DNA of 42,549 bases. It comes from a virus (Duplodnaviria; Caudoviricetes). Made by a program: the position numbers and the translations under genes. Location of the stretch: positions 1 to 42,549 of the IMG/VR virus record IMGVR_UViG_3300032332_000905. The stretch is one strand, 5' to 3'. Under the pieces are notes generated by a model. The model made no database searches, was not told where the DNA came from, and saw only the letters and a list, made by a program, of their open reading frames with translations. Positions 36,967 through 42,549 of this stretch are shown in pieces (positions within the stretch are counted from its first letter, which is position 1; each line of letters begins with the position of its first letter).

Positions 36967-37161
36967 TTATTCGTCTATAGGATTTTCTTCTGCTTCTTTA
37001 AGCAATGAACTTACAACTTTTTCTGTTCCGTCCATAGTCTTCACAGTAAAAAGAGGAGACTTCATATATTTTTTAATTTTTTTATACTCTTTCAAGAGTT
37101 TTTGCACTTCATCCTGATCAATGGTAACTTTTACTTTACCTGAATTAAATCCTTCACTCAT
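36967..37161 (-). CDS. Hypothetical protein (64 aa)
   Basis: ORF track; overlaps the upstream stop. Confidence 0.7.
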   Translation of the reverse strand: MSEGFNSGKVKVTIDQDEVQKLLKEYKKIKKYMKSPLFTVKTMDGTEKVVSSLLKEAEENPIDE

Positions 37162-37505
37162 TTTCTTCTTTTCTTTTCTGGTGGTTTATATCCCCAAAGA
37201 TTGGGTCTCAATTTTCCATATCCAAAATCAATTTTCTTTACCGCACCTGGACCATATTTGTCATAGTACATATCAAAAATATTTGAATTTTTTCCACGAC
37301 AAAGATCAATACAGGTCTTTCCTTCTGATTCATACCAGACTATATTTGCATCACTGGGAAAGGATGGATCTTGTACCTTTTCCAATGTTGTTTTTTCTAA
37401 AAGAATGTCACAACCATAAATGGCAGGATTTGTAGTTTTTTCTTCTGACTTTTTTTCTGCCATTTTCCTTTCCTTGATACTAGTACTCATGAACGTCCTC
37501 CCCAA
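37158..37505 (-). CDS. Cyanophage hypothetical protein (start uncertain)
   Basis: IFDMYYDKYG......FGYG...P.LWG. Confidence 0.75.
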   Translation of the reverse strand: MGRTFMSTSIKERKMAEKKSEEKTTNPAIYGCDILLEKTTLEKVQDPSFPSDANIVWYESEGKTCIDLCRGKNSNIFDMYYDKYGPGAVKKIDFGYGKLRPNLWGYKPPEKKRRK

Positions 37506-38053
37506 GTAATATCAGGATAAGCTTCTTTTACATTATCAAGGGTAATCTTATATTTGGTTTGAAGTTGTTTATCTTTTACCAAGCAGAGTAGTTCTGCTTC
37601 TTTTGGATGAAGTCCCTCAAGAATATTGATAAACATCATTTCTCTACGAATTGTAGAGAGAGTATCATTACCACCTTTCACAAAATGATAGAGATTTTGA
37701 TATTCTCTGCGAAGAGAAGTACGTCCTCTACCTTGCATATCCTGTTGTGTTGCCGATTCCCCGCCTCCTGCTTCTCTGGAAAGATTATCAGAAAGATTTC
37801 CAGAATAAACATTCTGGTCCTTTACATCACCATAAGGAACTGCACCTTCGGGAAGAAGGGAAATTACAGTTGCATCAAAGTTCCAAATCAAAATTGATTT
37901 TAAGGAATCGTGTGCATATGTTTGAAGAACTTCTACTTTCTTTACATTGGATCTTTGCTTGGATGCAAGTTCCAGAATTTCAAATACAAATGGATTAGTG
38001 GGAAGAATTTCTATCGTATCAGGAGTTGTCTTCCTTGTTTTTGTCGCAGTCAT
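37487..38053 (-). CDS. T4-like core hypothetical protein (188 aa)
   Basis: WNFD.....LPEG.VPY, RREMMFI..LEGLHP.EA. Confidence 0.8.
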   Translation of the reverse strand: MTATKTRKTTPDTIEILPTNPFVFEILELASKQRSNVKKVEVLQTYAHDSLKSILIWNFDATVISLLPEGAVPYGDVKDQNVYSGNLSDNLSREAGGGESATQQDMQGRGRTSLRREYQNLYHFVKGGNDTLSTIRREMMFINILEGLHPKEAELLCLVKDKQLQTKYKITLDNVKEAYPDITWGGRS

Positions 38054-38100
38054 AAATTTTCAGAATTTAGTATTATAAGTTTAATATATTTAGATATTAT

Positions 38101-38328
38101 TCAATCCTCATCTTCGTCAAAATCATCATCAAAAAATCCCTCTTCAAATCTTACAGCATAGACTTCATCTGGAATGATATTTCCATTTTCATCATAACAT
38201 TCCGGATGCAATTTTGGAATTTCCCTATAGTTCATCATATATTCTCTAACTATCCAACCAAGCATAACACCAACAATCAAAAATAAAACTATTAAAAAAG
38301 ATCCCAAAACTAGACTTACTGCCAACAT
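38101..38328 (-). CDS. Membrane-anchored hypothetical protein (75 aa)
   Basis: N-terminal TM helix, LHPE..DENGN...DE, acidic tail; GGAGG RBS. Confidence 0.8.
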   Translation of the reverse strand: MLAVSLVLGSFLIVLFLIVGVMLGWIVREYMMNYREIPKLHPECYDENGNIIPDEVYAVRFEEGFFDDDFDEDED

Positions 38329-38346
38329 CTTTCTACCTCCGGAGAG

Positions 38347-38571
38347 TTATTTTTTCTTGATATCAAAATGGAATTCTATACAGAAATGAAACTCTCTCCG
38401 AAAGAGAGAAATCATCTTACCAAACTTCACTTGAAAGGTCTTTGGGTCTAATGATTGTCTTCTCCTGCTTCTAAGTAATAATTCAACACCCCGATTAATC
38501 TGGGGTTCCGAATTATTTAGTTTGCTTTTTTTTTCTTCCGGGTTTTTTGTCATGACTATATTTCCAGGCAT
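38347..38571 (-). CDS. Hypothetical protein (start uncertain)
   Basis: INRGVELLLR...FGKMISLFRREFHF. Confidence 0.6.
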   Translation of the reverse strand: MPGNIVMTKNPEEKKSKLNNSEPQINRGVELLLRSRRRQSLDPKTFQVKFGKMISLFRREFHFCIEFHFDIKKK

Positions 38572-38872
38572 CTTCTAGGATGCTATACAAATAATTCCGT
38601 ATTTTTCTTGCTTGTGGTTTTGGAATATGACCATATCCTTCACGAAGTTGTTTGTGAATTTCATCAGCACCACCTTCCAGATATTCGTCTAGATCCATTA
38701 CCACATTACTAATATTTGCTGCAGTTTTACTTTCAATAAATTCTTCAACTTCTCTTCTTAAGATATTTTTGACTTTTAAATAATCATAGAACTTAAGTAC
38801 AAAATGACCATCAAAAGCAAGATCAATTGCTCTTTCTACATCATAATAAACTTCGTGAAAAGTGCTTTCCAT
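38513..38872 (-). CDS. Cyanophage hypothetical protein (119 aa)
   Basis: YLEGG....HKQLREGYGHIPKP.ARKI. Confidence 0.8.
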   Translation of the reverse strand: MESTFHEVYYDVERAIDLAFDGHFVLKFYDYLKVKNILRREVEEFIESKTAANISNVVMDLDEYLEGGADEIHKQLREGYGHIPKPQARKIRNYLYSILEDAWKYSHDKKPGRKKKQTK

Positions 38873-39112
38873 TTATACTAGTTTTTGCTCCTGAAGATAT
38901 TGAACTGTATCTGAACAACCACCAAGATGGGTTTGATCGTTTAAAATCACTTGAGGGAATGTTGAACCATTTCCAAATTCTGAATAGAATTGTGTTCTGG
39001 TAAAATCCTCATCAAGCGTATAAACAACGTGCTCAAGATTTGCTAACTGTAGCACCTGTTCAATTTTACTGCAATAGGGACATCCATCCTTTGAATAGAC
39101 CGTAAATTTCAT
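38873..39112 (-). CDS. nrdC: Glutaredoxin
   Basis: CPYC active site, TFPQV, LGG. Confidence 0.92.
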   Translation of the reverse strand: MKFTVYSKDGCPYCSKIEQVLQLANLEHVVYTLDEDFTRTQFYSEFGNGSTFPQVILNDQTHLGGCSDTVQYLQEQKLV

Positions 39113-39201
39113 AAGAGAACTAATAGTGGTATAAGAATCATTAAAATAGCAATTAAAAATCCCCCCAAATATTCTGGGAAGTATGTATCATAAGATTTCA
39201 T
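39109..39201 (-). CDS. Possible 30-aa membrane peptide
   Basis: MKSYDTYFPEYLGGFLIAILMILIPLLVLL; ATGA overlap with glutaredoxin. Confidence 0.5.
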   Translation of the reverse strand: MKSYDTYFPEYLGGFLIAILMILIPLLVLL

Positions 39202-39221
39202 AAAAGATGAAAAACTTACAA

Positions 39222-39524
39222 CTATATATTAATTGGTTTACCCTCACCTTCGGGAAGTCTAATTTTTTCTGATTCAAGAACAAAAGGTTGTCCTTCTGGT
39301 AATCCTTGTTGTCCTGGAAGTTGTTTATTCGTAGTTGATGATACATCAATAACTTGATCTATAATAAAATTTTGCTTTCTATAAATTCGGTTATCTTTAT
39401 CAAGAAGAAGCATCATAATCGCATCTTTTTCTTCACCACAATGAGAAATAACTCTACCTGTAGATTTTTCAATTACCAACCAATAATCATTCATCTTTCT
39501 TCTCATCAGGTTGTTTCTCATCAC
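39222..39524 (-). CDS. Hypothetical protein
   Basis: ORF track; start uncertain. Confidence 0.65.
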   Translation of the reverse strand: MMRNNLMRRKMNDYWLVIEKSTGRVISHCGEEKDAIMMLLLDKDNRIYRKQNFIIDQVIDVSSTTNKQLPGQQGLPEGQPFVLESEKIRLPEGEGKPINI

Positions 39525-39636
39525 ATAATATTTGTTTCATTTTGTCAATTACTTTTGTTTTTCTAGTCAGATTGGGCCAAGTCAGATGAAAAATCTCTAA
39601 AAGTTTGGAGTTATCTTCTTTCATTTACTTTATTTA

Positions 39637-39945
39637 TTACCATCTCATTCGTTTTACAATTGCTTCGGCACCTTTTTTTAGATGCTCTTCTCTTTCGTCA
39701 TTATCAAAAATACCATCACCTTTTGGATAGCACTCATAAACAATCTCTCCATTATCATCTGGAGTCTTATAGTATTCAGTTCTGAACCAACCGTGCCGAA
39801 GTCTCATATAACCACATAGAGTATCCTCATAATACACATCATACTGCTCTGGGCAAGCAAGACAAGTTCTTTTAAGAGTTAGACCGTAATAAAAATAGTC
39901 TTGAAACTTATAGTTATCATAGTCATCATCTTCATCAAAAATCAT
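39637..39945 (-). CDS. Hypothetical protein (102 aa)
   Basis: TC.ACPEQYDV.......GY.RLRHG motif; GGAGG RBS. Confidence 0.75.
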   Translation of the reverse strand: MIFDEDDDYDNYKFQDYFYYGLTLKRTCLACPEQYDVYYEDTLCGYMRLRHGWFRTEYYKTPDDNGEIVYECYPKGDGIFDNDEREEHLKKGAEAIVKRMRW

Positions 39946-40097
39946 AGTGTAATCACCTCCACATTAGAAATAGTAATACTTTGAGATTGATAATAAGTCT
40001 TGAGTTGTCTTGCAGTCATTTCACTATTCACTAAAATTTGAATAGACACCGTTGCCTTATCTACAAGACTTGAGAGGATTACGGAATACTTATTCAT
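39942..40097 (-). CDS. Hypothetical protein (51 aa)
   Basis: MNKYSVILSSLVDKATVSIQILV...; ATGA overlaps at both ends. Confidence 0.55.
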   Translation of the reverse strand: MNKYSVILSSLVDKATVSIQILVNSEMTARQLKTYYQSQSITISNVEVITL

Positions 40098-40207
40098 CTT
40101 TTTTTTATCTTTGCGATTTCTCTTCGCATTTCATTGATTTCTTTATAGATGTCTTCAATTGCTTCAAAGATATAATTATAACTCATTGAATGGTTATTTT
40201 TTTCCAT
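40094..40207 (-). CDS. Hypothetical protein (37 aa)
   Basis: MEKNNHSMSYNYIFEAIEDIYKEINEMRREIAKIKKR; GAGGAG RBS. Confidence 0.5.
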   Translation of the reverse strand: MEKNNHSMSYNYIFEAIEDIYKEINEMRREIAKIKKR

Positions 40208-40226
40208 CTCCTCTTTGATGTTTCTT

Positions 40227-40586
40227 TCAGTCATCGTTCAATACCTCTTTCATATCATCAAAAAAAGTTTCAGACAGTGGAATCAATTCTACTTCACCTT
40301 TCTCTGCTTCATCTACAAGTCCCATCAGATACTCAAGGAATTTTTGTGAATAAGTATCGTCTGCTCCCAAATCATACCAGAAAGTTTGATAGCACTGCTC
40401 AAAGGGGTCATCATCTTTCAAAATTGCATAGTGTTTTTGAATATCTTCAAACCATACCAAGTGAGTCCAAGTTTGAAAAGAATAATACATTGAGGTCCAT
40501 CCAGTCATCCAACAGTGACCGACCCAATATTCCCACCAGTTCATTTTGGTCTTATCGGTTCCTAGAATTGCTCTTGCGAAAGTCAT
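40227..40586 (-). CDS. Hypothetical protein (119 aa)
   Basis: Trp-rich ORF downstream of an early promoter. Confidence 0.75.
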   Translation of the reverse strand: MTFARAILGTDKTKMNWWEYWVGHCWMTGWTSMYYSFQTWTHLVWFEDIQKHYAILKDDDPFEQCYQTFWYDLGADDTYSQKFLEYLMGLVDEAEKGEVELIPLSETFFDDMKEVLNDD

Positions 40587-40610
40587 AAGGTTTCGGATTC
40601 ACATAAGAGT

Positions 40611-40640
40611 ATCATACCGCAAAACCTTCCTGGTCGTCAA
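40611..40640 (-). promoter_or_regulatory. Sigma70 early promoter
   Basis: TTGACG-N18-TATGAT. Confidence 0.6.
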
Positions 40641-40688
40641 GAGGTCTTGTGCCGGTTATTTATGTGGTCTTATTGAATGGCGTCAAGA

Positions 40689-40754
40689 TTAGAGCAGAGA
40701 CATCACAAAGAGGAACACTGCAAAGAGTTCAAGGAATATAAGAATTTGAATCAT
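40689..40754 (-). CDS. 21-aa hydrophobic peptide
   Basis: MIQILIFLELFAVFLFVMSLL; resembles the N-terminus of the ORF starting at 41737. Confidence 0.45.
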   Translation of the reverse strand: MIQILIFLELFAVFLFVMSLL

Positions 40755-40760
40755 ATAAGT

Positions 40761-41465
40761 TCAATAAGTTTCTAAACAATAGATTCCATTCTTCTCCACA
40801 ATCGCAGAACACGAGTCCACGAAATCGCCGCAACACATATAAGTAATTTTACCAAAATTTTTAATGTTTCCGTGATGAATGTGACCTACTATAATACCGT
40901 CATATTTTTTATCTCTTTGAACACAATAGGATGCAATGTCTGTCTCATATTGACTGATGTATTTCTTTCCACGAATTGTATTCTTCAGAGCATAAACCAA
41001 AGAGAAGTTAATAAATCTCTCAAAGAATAAACTTAATGGAGTGATGAACTCGTATCCTTTATTAAAAATCAACTGTTTCCAAGAACCAGAAGAGTATTCG
41101 GAATACTTATCTCCGTGAACACAAAGAAACTTATTTCCTTTAGAGTCTTTATGTACATACTCATCCACCATTCTAAAGTTTTCGTGAGAGAAATCACAGT
41201 ATCTACGAATTTGCCCTTCGTGATTTCCAAGAACATAGACAATCTCTGTTCCTTTCTTAAGTAAATTTAAAATTTGATGAACGCATTCTGTATGTTCTTT
41301 AGTCCAACGAGTATGATATTTTTCCATACAGTAAATATCAATAATATCACCAACTAAAACCAGTTTCTTGGTCTTAATATTTTTTAAGAATTCTAATAAC
41401 TTCTTTGTATTACATCTGGGAGTTCCAATGTGAAGATCCGAGATAAAAATTGAGTCATAAGTCAT
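40761..41465 (-). CDS. Metallophosphoesterase, UDP-2,3-diacylglucosamine hydrolase (LpxH)-like
   Basis: SDLH.G, LVGDIID, GNHE, HGD, GHIH, GDFVDS. Confidence 0.85.
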   Translation of the reverse strand: MTYDSIFISDLHIGTPRCNTKKLLEFLKNIKTKKLVLVGDIIDIYCMEKYHTRWTKEHTECVHQILNLLKKGTEIVYVLGNHEGQIRRYCDFSHENFRMVDEYVHKDSKGNKFLCVHGDKYSEYSSGSWKQLIFNKGYEFITPLSLFFERFINFSLVYALKNTIRGKKYISQYETDIASYCVQRDKKYDGIIVGHIHHGNIKNFGKITYMCCGDFVDSCSAIVEKNGIYCLETY

Positions 41466-41467
41466 AA

Positions 41468-41737
41468 TCAGAAACTTGATGGAATATAATTTACGCCTTC
41501 AAGAAGATTATTTAATATTGCACCATATTCTTTAAATCCTCTATCTCCTGCAATAAAGCATCTTTGACGCAACCATACGGCATCTGCAAGGAGTTTAATT
41601 TCTTGTTCTGTAAGTGTTAGGGTTTTCATAAGTAAAAAGCAACACCACTCTATGTAGGAAAATATCGTTTGAGGGAATGAAGACATTATGAAGAGGAATA
41701 AACCGAATACTTGGAAGACTGTGAGGATTATGAGCAT
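41468..41737 (-). CDS. Hypothetical protein; possibly a TM peptide fused to a 53-aa protein starting at 41629
   Basis: Hydrophobic N-terminus, then internal MKTLTLTEQEIKLLADAVW. Confidence 0.55.
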   Translation of the reverse strand: MLIILTVFQVFGLFLFIMSSFPQTIFSYIEWCCFLLMKTLTLTEQEIKLLADAVWLRQRCFIAGDRGFKEYGAILNNLLEGVNYIPSSF

Positions 41738-42435
41738 TTTTCTATAAAGGAAATTACTTCTTGAATCGGTAAAGTATCTATAAAATGTTCCGTCATTCCA
41801 CGACCCATACTCATTTCAGTTAGTGGTGCTTTATATTGAGAAAACTCTTTTAGAACTTTTCTTTCCAAGTTCCAAATATCTATGGATTTTCCAGACCACT
41901 CACCAAGTAGTTCGGCAGTTTCTTTCTTGCGATACAACCAACCTTTATAAGACCTACCGACCTTATACTTACCATTATGGAGTTTTATAAAATAAAGTTT
42001 ATCAGGATGTTCTGGGTCTTTACAAATCCATCCAACTGATTGTGGATATGGTTTTCCTTTCCTTGGACTAACTTTTCCAGTATTTGCTTTTTTGGTTGCA
42101 TCTATTGCTTTTTGAGTACAAGTTTTTCCATAATTTGGATTACTCTCTCCACTATAACTTCTCCTAGACTTTCTTATTTTTTCAGCAAAATCTGGGTCTT
42201 GTGCTGGATTACTATAATCATTTTTTATGCGGATTTTTATATTATTTTCAACCAAACATTTTCTTATCCACACCATTCCACACCCCAGAACAGTCCTAAT
42301 TTCTTTCATAGTTTTACCTTCACTATAAAGAGATATTATTTTTTCTGGCGGATAATCATTCAAAAGTTTTTGATACCTTTCATCATTAAGTTGCGAAAGA
42401 GCATCCATACATTTTTTACTTGTTCCTCTTCCCAT
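41728..42435 (-). CDS. psbA-adjacent putative homing endonuclease (HTH, NUMOD3-like, C-terminal GIY-YIG/T5orf172-like domain)
   Basis: LYSEGKTMKEI HTH; GESNPNYGK; KLYFIK....YKVGRS...E...L.....G.TEHF; has its own late promoter. Confidence 0.7.
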   Translation of the reverse strand: MGRGTSKKCMDALSQLNDERYQKLLNDYPPEKIISLYSEGKTMKEIRTVLGCGMVWIRKCLVENNIKIRIKNDYSNPAQDPDFAEKIRKSRRSYSGESNPNYGKTCTQKAIDATKKANTGKVSPRKGKPYPQSVGWICKDPEHPDKLYFIKLHNGKYKVGRSYKGWLYRKKETAELLGEWSGKSIDIWNLERKVLKEFSQYKAPLTEMSMGRGMTEHFIDTLPIQEVISFIEKCS

Positions 42436-42465
42436 TTACAATAACCTCTATTCCAAACTCATTAC

Positions 42466-42473
42466 TATTTATA
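42466..42473 (-). promoter_or_regulatory. Late promoter TATAAATA
   Basis: Exact consensus overlapping the terminator U-tract. Confidence 0.75.
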
Positions 42474-42498
42474 AAAAAGAGACCTTTACAGGTCTCCT
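42473..42498 (-). terminator. Intrinsic terminator after psbA
   Basis: GAGACCT-GTAA-AGGTCTC followed by a T-run. Confidence 0.85.
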
Positions 42499-42524
42499 TA
42501 TTATATCATAATTTAGTGATTATA

Positions 42525-42549
42525 TCAACCGATAGTTGGGGCAGTTAGG
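42525..42549 (-). CDS. psbA: Photosystem II D1, last codons only
   Basis: Reads L-T-A-P-T-I-G-stop, matching the cyanophage D1 C-terminus, and is followed by a terminator and a HEG; only 25 nt visible. Confidence 0.7.

Noticed and set aside
1-42549. Stop-codon reassignment
   Set aside because: Long genes are intact under the standard code, and TAA, TAG and TGA all end recognisable proteins at the expected C-termini.

Overview
An AT-rich segment of a T4-like cyanomyophage genome, probably from freshwater. On the minus strand, from the right end, it holds the last codons of psbA, a free-standing endonuclease gene, and a block of small early genes and auxiliary metabolic genes (LpxH-like phosphoesterase, glutaredoxin, speD, thyX, phoH). 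Next come replication and late-transcription genes (exonuclease, gp33, gp59, gp32) interleaved with three more homing-endonuclease genes (HEGs). These are followed by the baseplate/tail module (gp53, gp48, gp2-like, gp4, tail-tube-like, gp26, gp51, two tape-measure-like muralytic proteins, hub, cp12, gp5), two tRNAs, large fibre-like proteins, a glycosyltransferase and a Kelch-like repeat protein. Three observations stand out. (1) Beside their late promoters, the HEGs carry non-coding copies of a conserved coding motif from the neighbouring gene: phoH SGLVKEY, KPGWN, psbA LGMEVM and possibly gp32 NSLTTLG. Where the resident gene is visible, it is recoded at that motif. This suggests a target-mimic operator plus self-immunity scheme shared by unrelated nuclease families. 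(2) A T_TTT_TTC -1 slippery site would fuse gp26 to gp51 at the position where tail-assembly chaperones normally sit. (3) A roughly 70-nt candidate sRNA has its own promoter and terminator and presents CCCCUUCC. All family assignments come from recognising motifs by eye; no database search was run.
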